DNA of 64,000 nt from Candidatus Heimdallarchaeum aukensis (GCA_021513695.1 CP084166.1:2624001-2688000); one strand, 5' to 3'. Counted from the stretch's first letter, positions 8,765-18,770 are shown. Notes: generated from the letters alone by a model not told the origin. Numbers and translations are program-made.

Positions 8765-11563
8765 TTACTTTATAACAAATCCATTTATCCCATAAGTAAA
8801 CCAACTATTATTGTAATAATATATGTTCAATCCATTTGTTGAAAGAGTTGAAACATGGTAATTAAGTTTTTCAATTTCATTTGTATATGAGTGGAAATAG
8901 GATATGGAAATATCGATCGAGTATATTGTGTAAGAACTCTGTTCCAATGATAAAAGTGTAAATTGGTTGAATGTTTCTCCTTCTGGTTTTTCCATTGAAT
9001 AATTTAGCACGGAGAATCGCCTAGTATGATTTGAAAAAGTAGAATATTTTGTAGAAATTGTGATATTAAAAGGCTGATTTGTTGGTATTGCTGTGAAGTC
9101 TTGAATGAGGTTAATTTGAGCATAACTGCCGTCTATGGGCGTATTATGGAAATTATTGGTGAATAAGCTCGTTTTACTATTATTGTTCATTAGAAGAAAA
9201 TCCACGGGTCCGATATAGGGATTGTTAAAATCGTAATCATTGAATGTGTATAATAAATACTCGTCATTATAAAAATTCAAAGTAAATAATTTGTTGTTTG
9301 CTAGTATTCTAAAGATATAATACTTCCAATAAATTTTTTCTATAAAGGCCTTGTACCAATCATTTTTTTGATTATGTGAAACAAAAATTGAAACATTGTA
9401 TTTATTGAAGAAATCAAAGAGTTTTGTTACATTTTCTCTATCTAAATATATTTTTTCTCCTATTTCTGAATTTTCTATGAAACTAAGAACAAAAACATCT
9501 ATTGTTGGTTGAGAAACATAGTATTCCAAGCCTGGAGTGTTAATTGATAATATTGTTTCCCAATCTGAAGACCCAAGTCTGTTAATAGCATCTTTCAATT
9601 CTTCATAGTTTGTTCTAGTGTAGTAGCTATAGCGAAGTTGATATTCATTAATATCAAATTTACAATAAGTAATCAGTGCAGCTTGAGCAGCCATTGGAAC
9701 AAATATTAATACAAAAAGTAAAAAGGTTGTAGCCATTCTCTGAATACGTTTTTTCTTTTTAAAACTTTTACTAAAACTAAGATTCCAACTTTTTTCTTTC
9801 CAAATAAACAAAAACACTATCAAAGTCAATAATAAAGAAAACGCAATAATAGTTCCAATGTGTGTGTGAGCTTTATACCAACGCTCATGAAAATTAGTAA
9901 TTACGCTAACTTCAAAAGGGAGGACTGGATAGAGCGATAAAAAGGCTGTTAAAGCAAAGAAAATAAAAGCAAAAAATCCATCACTTTGAAGTTTAAACTT
10001 TTCATTGAAGAAATTAATTATTTCTTTGAAACCAAACACTACAATTATCGTTAGTGGTACAACGATTGGGGAAAGATAGCGAATAGAGCCTAAAGCAAAA
10101 AAACCTTGCCAGAAAATATAGAAGAATATTAACCAGATGATTAATCCATTCTTTTTATCTTTATGAGTTTTATATAATCCTATAAGCTTTACAAATAACC
10201 ATGAAGGAGCAAACATTGTTGCAATTAAAATAGCAAATGTTGAAGTTACAAAAGTTGCAGAATGAGCATTTTCTAGGTAAGTTTCAACCAAAGGAAGACC
10301 TATACCTTCCCAATTAAGATTAAAAGAAGCGTTTTTAGGGTCCCAATAAGTGCTTCTTAGCATTTGTTCAACACCAGCTATTTTTAACATGTGTCGAGCC
10401 CAAAAATAACCTACAAAAATAGGGAAAGAAAAGATTACTGCAGTAAAAAGCCATCTTTTATATGAAAAAATTAATGTTTTAGATTGGATGATTACTGTTA
10501 CACAATAAATTGCAGCTAATACAATAAAAATTGATGTACCTACATAAATATCAAATAACGATTTTCTTACTATCTGAACGACAAACCCAAAAACAAGTAA
10601 AACTCTTAAAACTTTCCCGATTTTATCTGAATCCATCGCAGTAAAAATAATTAGGGGAATTACAAATCCACTCATTTTACTTAAAACACAACCAGCAAAA
10701 GATACAGACGTCAAAAGAGTATATAGGATTTGATCTTTATTTTCAGTGCTTTTTAAAAATTTCTTGTAATAGTAATAGGAAGAAGTAGTAAAGAACATGA
10801 TGTAAATTTCTTGGTAATATTGATATTCATAAATAAGAAAATACACAAAAGGAGTTACTAAAAAAGCAATCGTAGCCATATTTGAGTATTTTTCATTTAA
10901 TCCCTCAATTTTAGCAATTTTGTAACATAGATAAACAGTTAAACTAAAGAATAACATAGGAACTAATTGTATCATTTCAGTTAATGTGATGAAAAATGTA
11001 AAGGAATAAAGCATTACATTTAGTGGTGGTTTAAACATTGGAAGAAAGTTTAGTTCATTGATTTTTCCTAACTCACCTGTAGCAAAGATTCTAAAAGCAT
11101 TAGGGAGATAAAAGTGGAGTGCATCCCACCCTCTAATTGGTGAAACAAGTGCTTGAAAAGTGTAAGCACCAAGCATTAGACAAATAACCACAATTAGAAT
11201 TTTATTAATACTCTTCTCATACTTATATTGCCCTCTTAAAACTGTTTTAGGAAGAACCTTTATTATGAAATAAAACAAATAATAAAGGAAAACTGCAATA
11301 CTTATAGTTAGAAAAGTGTAAACGAAATTACTCATTAATTGTTTTGTTAGTTGACTAGGATAATAATAAGCTAAAAGACCACAAAAAATCATAGGGCCAA
11401 CGAGAGAGATTGATCCTAATACCGTTGAATCAAGGATATGTTCAAAAAATGTCTGTTTTTTTTCATTTTTTAGTAGTTTGTTGATAATTGATACTTCGAT
11501 TGAACCAAATGAAATTATAGAAATAACAGGTAAAATAACTCTGATGTCAAGCATAAATGTCAT
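8765..11563 (-). CDS. Large polytopic membrane protein (~13 TM N-terminal half, ~300-aa sequon-rich extracytoplasmic C-terminal half). Candidate GT-C-fold glycosyltransferase or oligosaccharyltransferase-like.
   Basis: 932 aa with many TM helices followed by a soluble NxS/T-rich domain. Its start overlaps the stop of the upstream GT2 gene (ATGA). No canonical WWDYG motif was seen, so the GT-C/AglB assignment is inference only. Confidence 0.3.
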   Translation of the reverse strand: MTFMLDIRVILPVISIISFGSIEVSIINKLLKNEKKQTFFEHILDSTVLGSISLVGPMIFCGLLAYYYPSQLTKQLMSNFVYTFLTISIAVFLYYLFYFIIKVLPKTVLRGQYKYEKSINKILIVVICLMLGAYTFQALVSPIRGWDALHFYLPNAFRIFATGELGKINELNFLPMFKPPLNVMLYSFTFFITLTEMIQLVPMLFFSLTVYLCYKIAKIEGLNEKYSNMATIAFLVTPFVYFLIYEYQYYQEIYIMFFTTSSYYYYKKFLKSTENKDQILYTLLTSVSFAGCVLSKMSGFVIPLIIFTAMDSDKIGKVLRVLLVFGFVVQIVRKSLFDIYVGTSIFIVLAAIYCVTVIIQSKTLIFSYKRWLFTAVIFSFPIFVGYFWARHMLKIAGVEQMLRSTYWDPKNASFNLNWEGIGLPLVETYLENAHSATFVTSTFAILIATMFAPSWLFVKLIGLYKTHKDKKNGLIIWLIFFYIFWQGFFALGSIRYLSPIVVPLTIIVVFGFKEIINFFNEKFKLQSDGFFAFIFFALTAFLSLYPVLPFEVSVITNFHERWYKAHTHIGTIIAFSLLLTLIVFLFIWKEKSWNLSFSKSFKKKKRIQRMATTFLLFVLIFVPMAAQAALITYCKFDINEYQLRYSYYTRTNYEELKDAINRLGSSDWETILSINTPGLEYYVSQPTIDVFVLSFIENSEIGEKIYLDRENVTKLFDFFNKYNVSIFVSHNQKNDWYKAFIEKIYWKYYIFRILANNKLFTLNFYNDEYLLYTFNDYDFNNPYIGPVDFLLMNNNSKTSLFTNNFHNTPIDGSYAQINLIQDFTAIPTNQPFNITISTKYSTFSNHTRRFSVLNYSMEKPEGETFNQFTLLSLEQSSYTIYSIDISISYFHSYTNEIEKLNYHVSTLSTNGLNIYYYNNSWFTYGINGFVIK

Positions 11564-13224
11564 TTTTTCTCTCCTTCATATTCTTTAATAACATCTGCAG
11601 CGCTTTTGGTAGATCTTGCCTTTTTAAGGAATTCTAATTCTTTGAAGTATGTGACAGTTATTATTGCAGGTACTGATAAAGATATTGCTGACATGATAAA
11701 CCAGCCAACTAAAGGATCGGGTGGAAAAGATAAGAATGATTGAACAATAGCATAATAAAATGGGATAGAAAGTAATAAGAGAACAAAAGACCAAATAGAA
11801 TATTTTATCTTTTCACTCATCTTACCTAATGTTTTAGGTTTTTTCTTAATTGTTCTTCTGAACTCTTTCTTTATTCCCAGAAAAGCACTAATTACAGCCC
11901 ATAAAAGAAAAGATTGTGCAGTTAACATTAAAATATAAAAAGCAGTAATTGTCCAAATTCCACCCCAAAATCCCCTCAAACGTATCATTCGGTCTTCTTT
12001 TTCTTCTCTTATCCAAGTAACGATCCCCATAACTAAATTTGCAAAAGCAACAAGAATAGGTGCCAAAATAAGTAAAGGAATAACTTCTGCAATGTTTGAC
12101 CTAATAAAGGGAACTTTCAAGAAGTAATTACATAAGAGAATAAAGAAATTAGCAAACCACATGCTTACTCCAATAGCAGGAAGAACAGAGGTTACTACCA
12201 TATCTATTTTGTTTAAAAATGAACCTTTACCTCGTAGAACGAATATTGTTCTTTTCACAAAAATCTGTGAAATCCCATAAGTCCATCTCCACACTTGATT
12301 TATCATTCCTATAGGTGTCCAGGGTACTAAACCATTACTACATATTTCATGAATGTAATTGGATTTGTAACCTTTTGCAATAAGAACGAATGATGTATCT
12401 GTATCTTCTGCAAGGGTATCTTCTAAAAATCCTCCAACTTCTTTAACTAACTTAGTTTTGAATACTCCAGTTGTTCCTGCAAAAACTACTCCATGACGTG
12501 TGGCACGACTTTTTTGCATTATGTGAAAAAATTGACTGTGAATAAATGCACTGCTTCTTTGCATGTAATTATCTTGATTAACAAACATAGGTTTTCCTTG
12601 AACAAAAATAATTTTTTCATCAGTAAAACCAGATAAACAAGTTTTCAAAAAATTCTCTGTTGGAATATGATCAGAATCTAACAAAGCAATATAGTCACTT
12701 GAAATTTGTTTTAAAGCATTATTAATTGCTCCAGCCTTGAACCCTTTTCTGTTTTCTCTATGTATATATTTTACATTCTTTTTTTGGCAAAAATCTCTTA
12801 ATTCGTTATTTTCTCCTTCTGGTGTATCATCTGCTATAATAACCTCAAAAAAGTTTTTAGGGTAATCAACATTTAATGCTCCCTCTATTGTTTGAGATAA
12901 AACTACTAAAGGTTCCTTATATGCAGGAATAATTATTGAAACAGAAGGTATTTTCTCTTTTTCAGAAAAAGAAAAACTTCCAGTAATCGGAATTTTATAG
13001 TCAGAAGAAGAACCAATATAATAATAAATGAAAATAGAATAAAAGGCACTAAATAATTCTATAAACAGTATAGCGAAATTTTCGATAACGATAAGAATAT
13101 TTTTTGTTCCTCCATTCATCTTTGCATATTGAACAATAAGAATTGAACTTGAAATAATATAGTATAATAGAAATCCAAATAGTAAATAAAACAAAATATA
13201 CCAAATTACTTTTACTTTAGACAT
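11560..13224 (-). CDS. Processive family-2 glycosyltransferase (cellulose/chitin-synthase-like beta-glycan synthase) with N- and C-terminal TM helices
   Basis: Contains IIIPAYKEP...IIADDT (DxD), LLDSDHIP, LAEDTDT (TED) and QVWRWTYG (QxxRW), the hallmark motifs of processive GT2 synthases. Flanked by TM segments. Confidence 0.7.
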   Translation of the reverse strand: MSKVKVIWYILFYLLFGFLLYYIISSSILIVQYAKMNGGTKNILIVIENFAILFIELFSAFYSIFIYYYIGSSSDYKIPITGSFSFSEKEKIPSVSIIIPAYKEPLVVLSQTIEGALNVDYPKNFFEVIIADDTPEGENNELRDFCQKKNVKYIHRENRKGFKAGAINNALKQISSDYIALLDSDHIPTENFLKTCLSGFTDEKIIFVQGKPMFVNQDNYMQRSSAFIHSQFFHIMQKSRATRHGVVFAGTTGVFKTKLVKEVGGFLEDTLAEDTDTSFVLIAKGYKSNYIHEICSNGLVPWTPIGMINQVWRWTYGISQIFVKRTIFVLRGKGSFLNKIDMVVTSVLPAIGVSMWFANFFILLCNYFLKVPFIRSNIAEVIPLLILAPILVAFANLVMGIVTWIREEKEDRMIRLRGFWGGIWTITAFYILMLTAQSFLLWAVISAFLGIKKEFRRTIKKKPKTLGKMSEKIKYSIWSFVLLLLSIPFYYAIVQSFLSFPPDPLVGWFIMSAISLSVPAIITVTYFKELEFLKKARSTKSAADVIKEYEGEKK

Positions 13225-13250
13225 TTAACACACTTTAATTCCAACTTACT

Positions 13251-14849
13251 TTAATTAATTTCATAAATATTATTCTTTTTAGTTTTACTCATAAAATAAA
13301 GAGATAAAGGTGTAGTTAATAACATCGAAGAACCTAATACACCTAATCCTAGCCAGAAGGCCCCACTAAAAGAGTTGTTGAGGAAGTCTAGCACAGAACA
13401 GGCAATCATTATTCCTCCAACAATGGTAACAAAAACAAGATAAGAATAAATTGGGACTCTCTCATTCCACTTGTCTTTCCCCTTAATAGGTTCTCTATTG
13501 GATATAAGAGATTTAAAAGAAGCATAAATTGTAAAAGGATTAAAAACAAGTGCGAATAAATAAAAGTAAATTAAATCTCTATATCTATAATTCATGTGAT
13601 TTCTATTTGCAAAGCTTATTGAAAGAATACCTGAAAGATAATATGATAGGCTAAAGGACACTGGTATTATTAATAAAGGTAAGAAATCTTGAATTGGCGG
13701 ACGTATTAACGATATGTTGAAGAAAAACATAATTATATAGACAAATCCAGAGAAATAAAGAATAGAAGCCACTAAGAAAAGTGAGATGCTGAATAATAGG
13801 TCAATTTTGTCAAAAATTCCTAAATCAGAGCGTAATATTTCTCTCCATTTTTTAGTAAGAACCCTAAATTGACCTTTGGCCCACCTGATAATCTGTGAAA
13901 TGAGCACATCAAACTTTGCAGGAACAAGACCCAAACTTCCATATTCGTCTAAAAGCACACCCTTGTATTTTTCTTTAAGTATTTCAACAGTAGTGGCGAC
14001 ATCTTCAGTGAAAGAATAGATAGGAATTCCTCCAATCTCTTTAAGAACCTTTGTTCTAAAGCATGCAGATGAACCGTTGAAAATAGTTGTGTTTCTAACA
14101 CTTTTAGATCTGCCAAATATTTCGAAAAATTGGGTATACATCACAGATTCCCATAATTGTAATTTGGACTTAATTTCTCTAAAATTAACTTTTGTCTGGA
14201 CATATGCAATTTTATTATCTTTTTCTAGTATTCGTACACACTTTGAAAGAATACTTGGAAAAATTACATGATCATAATCTAAGAAAAAGATGAAATCTGT
14301 TTCTATGGTTTTTAAAATTTCGTTTAACATTCCCGCTTTGAAATACTTATTTGAAGACGAGAAAAAGTAATTAGCATTATAATGTTCAGCTAAATTCTTA
14401 ATTTTTAGCGCAAGTTCTTCGTTTAACGTATCATCGCCTATTATAATTTTAATCTTTGATTTTGGATAATCCATTTCATTAAGTGAGACTAGTGTTTCTT
14501 TTAACACGTCTATTATTGGGTTATGAACTGGAACAACTATTGTTACTTTGGGTAGTTCCTTGTTTTCGCTTTCTTGAGTTTCAAGATTGATTAATTGAGT
14601 GTGAAAACAACTATTTGCCATATGATAAAATAATAGTGTGGTATAAAAAATACCAAAAGTTTCAAAGAAAAGAGAAATAAAATTAAATATAATTTGAAAA
14701 GTTAAATTTGTAGTAATTTTTGAAACAAATAATGGATAAATATTTAGATACATTGACCATATAAGGTAAAAGCAACCTAGAACTAATGATGTTAATGTGA
14801 AAAAGTAGAGTAAAATTCCAACAAATTTCCATTTTTTACTAGGTTTCAT
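13251..14849 (-). CDS. Processive family-2 glycosyltransferase, paralog of the adjacent gene
   Basis: Contains TIVVPVHNP...IIIGDDT, FFLDYDH, FTEDVATT (TED) and QIIRWAKGQ (QxxRW). N-terminal and C-terminal TM helices. Confidence 0.7.
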   Translation of the reverse strand: MKPSKKWKFVGILLYFFTLTSLVLGCFYLIWSMYLNIYPLFVSKITTNLTFQIIFNFISLFFETFGIFYTTLLFYHMANSCFHTQLINLETQESENKELPKVTIVVPVHNPIIDVLKETLVSLNEMDYPKSKIKIIIGDDTLNEELALKIKNLAEHYNANYFFSSSNKYFKAGMLNEILKTIETDFIFFLDYDHVIFPSILSKCVRILEKDNKIAYVQTKVNFREIKSKLQLWESVMYTQFFEIFGRSKSVRNTTIFNGSSACFRTKVLKEIGGIPIYSFTEDVATTVEILKEKYKGVLLDEYGSLGLVPAKFDVLISQIIRWAKGQFRVLTKKWREILRSDLGIFDKIDLLFSISLFLVASILYFSGFVYIIMFFFNISLIRPPIQDFLPLLIIPVSFSLSYYLSGILSISFANRNHMNYRYRDLIYFYLFALVFNPFTIYASFKSLISNREPIKGKDKWNERVPIYSYLVFVTIVGGIMIACSVLDFLNNSFSGAFWLGLGVLGSSMLLTTPLSLYFMSKTKKNNIYEIN

Positions 14850-15035
14850 CTAATCCCGTACATCGCTTTTTAATTCGGATATTTATAGAGTTTCTTAAAT
14901 ATTTTGAAAAGACTTATTGAGAATAAAAGATCAGGGTGAGCTAGGCTCATCACTATTCAGCGGTTGTAATTCTTCGTCATCTCTATTATTCTCAAAAACA
15001 TTTTAATTATACTGTTATAATTTTTCTTATTGTTC

Positions 15036-16070
15036 TTATTCTTCTTTTTCTTCTTCAAAAGGAACTTCTTCTATTTGTTCCTCTTTATCCTCATCTATCA
15101 TCTCTATTTTCTCATCTTCAGTCAGCCTTTTTTGTATTAATTGTTCAGGAGGTAAAAGAGCTTCTATTTGGTTTTTAGGAACTGGAGGTGGTACAAATCT
15201 TTTTACAAGATTTTGTATTTTTTCTTTTTCTTCAGTTAATTTTAGTTTATCACAGATTTCATAAAATTGTTCTTCAAATAAATATAATTCTTCGAGTAAA
15301 TCCTTATAGATTGTATTTAATTCTTTATCGCTCAATTTTGCTATTTCGTCAGAACATATTTCCTGAATATATTCCTTAAGAAAATCGTCGTCTTTTGTTT
15401 CTTCAGCAATGAAGAACATAAATTTGGAGATGTTAGGTTGAGTACCATGTACGGCAGTCTGAATGATTATTTTCTTATACTTTTTAGTTAAATATTCTCT
15501 AAATTCACCTTTTTCTATTTTTAAAGCATCTGATAATTCATCTTCCCAATTTTCATCCAATTTGGAAAAATTAAATGCTATTGCTGGTATAGTGTGTTTA
15601 ATAATAACTTCTCGATGCTTTGTTAAATCCTCTTCTGGTATAGCTTTTATATTTTTTAGAAATAAGTTGTAATATTGTATATTTCCTGAAATTTCGAAGT
15701 ATTTTAGTAATGGAATAACAACTTGTTGAGGTTCTAAATCTTTAAAATATAGTTTTAGTAAATATGGTCTAAAAATATAAGGAGCAACCATTAAAAGCAA
15801 CAATGGAATAAATAGATAAGAAATTGGGAATCTTAAAGCAAGTAAAATTACACTTACAACAATGATAATTGCGTATAGTCCATAATTAAAAAGTCTTAAT
15901 GTCTTTTTTGCATTATATCTATTAGCACAAATAGGACAAATTCGTTCTTGTTTCATATTATAATGTTGATCTAAATCACAAATTGCTAATTTACATTCAG
16001 TACACTTTTCAGTAGATTCATTATGAATATGAAAAGCACAATTTTCTTTTATTTCTCCATCAAAACTCAT
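15036..16070 (-). CDS. Hypothetical membrane protein with an N-terminal Cys/His zinc-ribbon (B-box-like), 2 TM helices and an acidic Glu-rich C-terminal tail
   Basis: CAFHIH...CTECKLAICDLDQH...CPICANRY cysteine/histidine pattern, then hydrophobic LYAIIIVVSVILLAL..LFIPLLLLMVAPYIF, ending EEVPFEEEKEE. Confidence 0.3.
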   Translation of the reverse strand: MSFDGEIKENCAFHIHNESTEKCTECKLAICDLDQHYNMKQERICPICANRYNAKKTLRLFNYGLYAIIIVVSVILLALRFPISYLFIPLLLLMVAPYIFRPYLLKLYFKDLEPQQVVIPLLKYFEISGNIQYYNLFLKNIKAIPEEDLTKHREVIIKHTIPAIAFNFSKLDENWEDELSDALKIEKGEFREYLTKKYKKIIIQTAVHGTQPNISKFMFFIAEETKDDDFLKEYIQEICSDEIAKLSDKELNTIYKDLLEELYLFEEQFYEICDKLKLTEEKEKIQNLVKRFVPPPVPKNQIEALLPPEQLIQKRLTEDEKIEMIDEDKEEQIEEVPFEEEKEE

Positions 16071-16204
16071 TTCATTACAAAATTCTAGAGAAGTTTTTTA
16101 ACTTTATCTATTGCTTGAAATTTATAATAATTTATCCGAAACTATAACAAATGTTTCCCTCAGATAATAAGTCTTAAAATAATAACAATAAATGTTGAAC
16201 TGAA

Positions 16205-17842
16205 ATGAATAATCCTTATGAAATTGAAGAACGCGAGTATAAACATTGGGCAACAGTTGTAAGTGAACAAGCAATTCAATTGTTTGGTAATGATCAAGTT
16301 GTAGCAACTGGTTGGGCTCCTAGCGGCTATTATCACATAGGTAATTTTAAAGAAGCAGTAACTTGTCGTGCAATTTATAATGAGTTGAAAAACTTGGGTG
16401 CAAAAACACGCTTTATTCTAAACATCGATGATGTTGACCCTTTCGACAAAGTACCTTCTTTTTTCAAAAAGGATTATGGAAAAGAGCTTCACAAATATAT
16501 TGGTTTTCCAATCAATCAAGTACCTGATCCACTAGGTTGTCATAAATCATATGCAGAGCATTTTATAGCTAATGCTTTAAGTATTATGGAATCGTTCGAT
16601 GTTAACCCAGAAAATCTTAGTACTGCAGAACTTTATAAAAAAGGTGAATATGATAAATATGCAAAGTTGTTTTTAGAGAAGAAAGAACAAGTATATGAGC
16701 TAACAGAACAAATTACTGGCTCTAGAATGGAAGATTTCATGCTTATTCAATGTCCAAAATGTGGTAATCTCGCAGCTCCTAAGATGACAGATTTCAGTAT
16801 CGAAAAAGAAAAAATATTTGTTGATATTGAGTGTAGAAAGGAAAAAAGAGGTTGCGGTGAAAAAAGTTCAATTCAACTAGGTGAAACAACATGGAAACTG
16901 AAATGGCGTCTAGATTGGGCGTCTAGACAAGATTTCTTGGGAGTAACTGTTGAATCATCAGGAAAGGATCATGGGGTGGCTGGAGGATCAATTGACACCT
17001 CTTTAGCAGTCCATAAAGACATATTTCAAAAAGAAAAGCTCCCTCTTCTAATTCAACATGGTTTCTTAACTTTTGGCGGGAAAAAGTTGAGCGGGAGCTC
17101 TGGCAGTGGTATGCCTGTTACTGAATTCCCAAAAATTCTAGATCCAACAGTCTTTTTATATAAAATATATAGACAAAACCTAAGGACTGATTTTGATTTT
17201 AATGTAAGCATAGATGTACCTAAAGTGGCTGCAGAATTTGATCAAGCTGAGAAACTATACTTCAGTAAAGAAACAATAGAAAAGGATAAAGCTGCTAAAA
17301 AGATAATTAAGGCATACGAGTTGTCGCTTATAGGCGAACCTATATCTGAACCTGTAATTAGGATTGATTATGGTCATCTCTCTACAATTATGCAAGTATG
17401 TCTGTTTGATCAAGACTTAACTTTACAAAAATTGTATGAAACAAATTACATTCCAAGGAAATTGACAGAATATGAATATGAACTCTTTAAGAAACGATTT
17501 GAAAGAGCAAAGTATTGGTTAGAAAATTATGCAGATGAGAGAATTCGTTTTAAAATACTTGATAAACCAGAGTGCTCTCAGGTACAAAAATGCACCGCAG
17601 AAATTATTTCATCTTTAAGTAAAGCAATAGAAAGTTTAACTGAAGATTTACATGGAGATAACATTACACAATTCTTGTATGAACAAGCTAAAATGAATAA
17701 AATTAAGCCTAAAGACTTTTTCAAAGCTTTATATCTTGTAATATTAGGTAGAACTTCAGGACCAAGAGCTGGGACACTTATAGAAGCAATAGGGAAAGAA
17801 AAAGTAATATCAATGATGAAAGAAGCTTTATCTTGCTTTTAG
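16205..17842 (+). CDS. lysK: Lysine--tRNA ligase, class I (archaeal type)
   Basis: Contains WAPSGYYHIGNFKE (HIGH region), FPINQVPDPLGCHKSYAEHF, KLKWRLDWASRQDFLGVTVESSGKDH and KLSGSSGSGM (KMSKS-like). Collinear with Pyrococcus class I LysRS. Confidence 0.85.
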   Translation: MNNPYEIEEREYKHWATVVSEQAIQLFGNDQVVATGWAPSGYYHIGNFKEAVTCRAIYNELKNLGAKTRFILNIDDVDPFDKVPSFFKKDYGKELHKYIGFPINQVPDPLGCHKSYAEHFIANALSIMESFDVNPENLSTAELYKKGEYDKYAKLFLEKKEQVYELTEQITGSRMEDFMLIQCPKCGNLAAPKMTDFSIEKEKIFVDIECRKEKRGCGEKSSIQLGETTWKLKWRLDWASRQDFLGVTVESSGKDHGVAGGSIDTSLAVHKDIFQKEKLPLLIQHGFLTFGGKKLSGSSGSGMPVTEFPKILDPTVFLYKIYRQNLRTDFDFNVSIDVPKVAAEFDQAEKLYFSKETIEKDKAAKKIIKAYELSLIGEPISEPVIRIDYGHLSTIMQVCLFDQDLTLQKLYETNYIPRKLTEYEYELFKKRFERAKYWLENYADERIRFKILDKPECSQVQKCTAEIISSLSKAIESLTEDLHGDNITQFLYEQAKMNKIKPKDFFKALYLVILGRTSGPRAGTLIEAIGKEKVISMMKEALSCF

Positions 17843-17894
17843 TTTAGCTGTCGGTAACGAAACATATACATAGTTTGTTTTTTTTTACTAAATA

Positions 17895-18770
17895 ATGAGT
17901 GATATACTTAATATTGTCCTTCTTGGCTTGGAAAACGCAGGGAAAACAACTCTTCTAAACACTTTAAAAGGAGAACAATTTAGAGACACAAGTACAACAA
18001 TTGGAATTAATGTAGACCTTATTAATTATAATGGATATAAATTTCAAGCAATTGATGTAGGAGGACAAAGAGTATTTCGAGACACATTATGGCCGCAATA
18101 TACGAAACTTGCTAGTGGAGTAATCTTTATTTTTGATATATTTGATAAAGGAAAGTTAAGCGAAGCAAAAAAATGGTTTGATGAAATCCAGACATGGGTA
18201 ACAAAAAAGGCTGTTTTTCTTTTTTTAGCAAATAAGATAGATCTAAAAGAAGAAAGAAAAGATTTTATGTCACTTGATGATGTAATAAAGAGCTTCAACT
18301 TAGAAAGATTTTCTCTTTATCCTGAGCAAAGTTTCAGAATTTTTGAAGTTTCAGCAAAAACTGGAGAAAATGTGGATGTGGCAATTAAATGGTTGTTTGA
18401 GAAATTGTCAGAGCAAGTTAGAAAACAAACAAATCTTTCTTTCATATTCGTCCATAATAGTGATTTTGAATTAATATATGTTAATTCTGAAAAAGTGAAG
18501 GTTTTAGAAAAACTACTGTTAAAACATGTTTCTCAACTTAGAAAAAATAACATGAAAACTTCATTTCTAAATGTCGATGAGTATAAATTATTTTTTTATG
18601 TTGAACCTCAATTCAGCATTATTTTTGGGGCAAAAAATATATACAAACAGTTCTTCCTAAATGTAGCCTTAGAAATAGCTAATGAGCTTAAAACAAACCA
18701 TCTGCCATTAACTGAATATAAACCAGAACTTGATGGAATAATAAGTAGAATTTTAATAAAGGAAAAATAA
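17895..18770 (+). CDS. Small Ras/Arf-superfamily GTPase fused to a C-terminal roadblock/longin-like domain
   Basis: G1 GLENAGKTTLLN, G3 DVGGQ, G4 ANKIDL and G5 SAKTG fall in the first ~170 aa. The last ~120 aa (FIFVHNSDFELIYVN...KLFFYVEP...FLNVALEIANEL) show a beta-alpha-beta-beta-alpha pattern. Confidence 0.6.
   Translation: MSDILNIVLLGLENAGKTTLLNTLKGEQFRDTSTTIGINVDLINYNGYKFQAIDVGGQRVFRDTLWPQYTKLASGVIFIFDIFDKGKLSEAKKWFDEIQTWVTKKAVFLFLANKIDLKEERKDFMSLDDVIKSFNLERFSLYPEQSFRIFEVSAKTGENVDVAIKWLFEKLSEQVRKQTNLSFIFVHNSDFELIYVNSEKVKVLEKLLLKHVSQLRKNNMKTSFLNVDEYKLFFYVEPQFSIIFGAKNIYKQFFLNVALEIANELKTNHLPLTEYKPELDGIISRILIKEK

Noticed and set aside
8765-11563. Calling the 932-aa membrane protein the archaeal oligosaccharyltransferase AglB
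   Set aside because: The topology (13 TM plus a C-terminal soluble domain) fits, but I could not find the diagnostic WWDYG motif. It is left as a generic GT-C candidate.
14930-14960. Short GC-richer hairpin (gtgagc-tag-gctcat) in the intergenic region, considered as a tRNA or terminator
   Set aside because: It has only a 5-bp stem and no cloverleaf potential. It lies upstream (promoter side) of the minus-strand GT2 gene and downstream of the zinc-ribbon gene. It is too weak to call either way.
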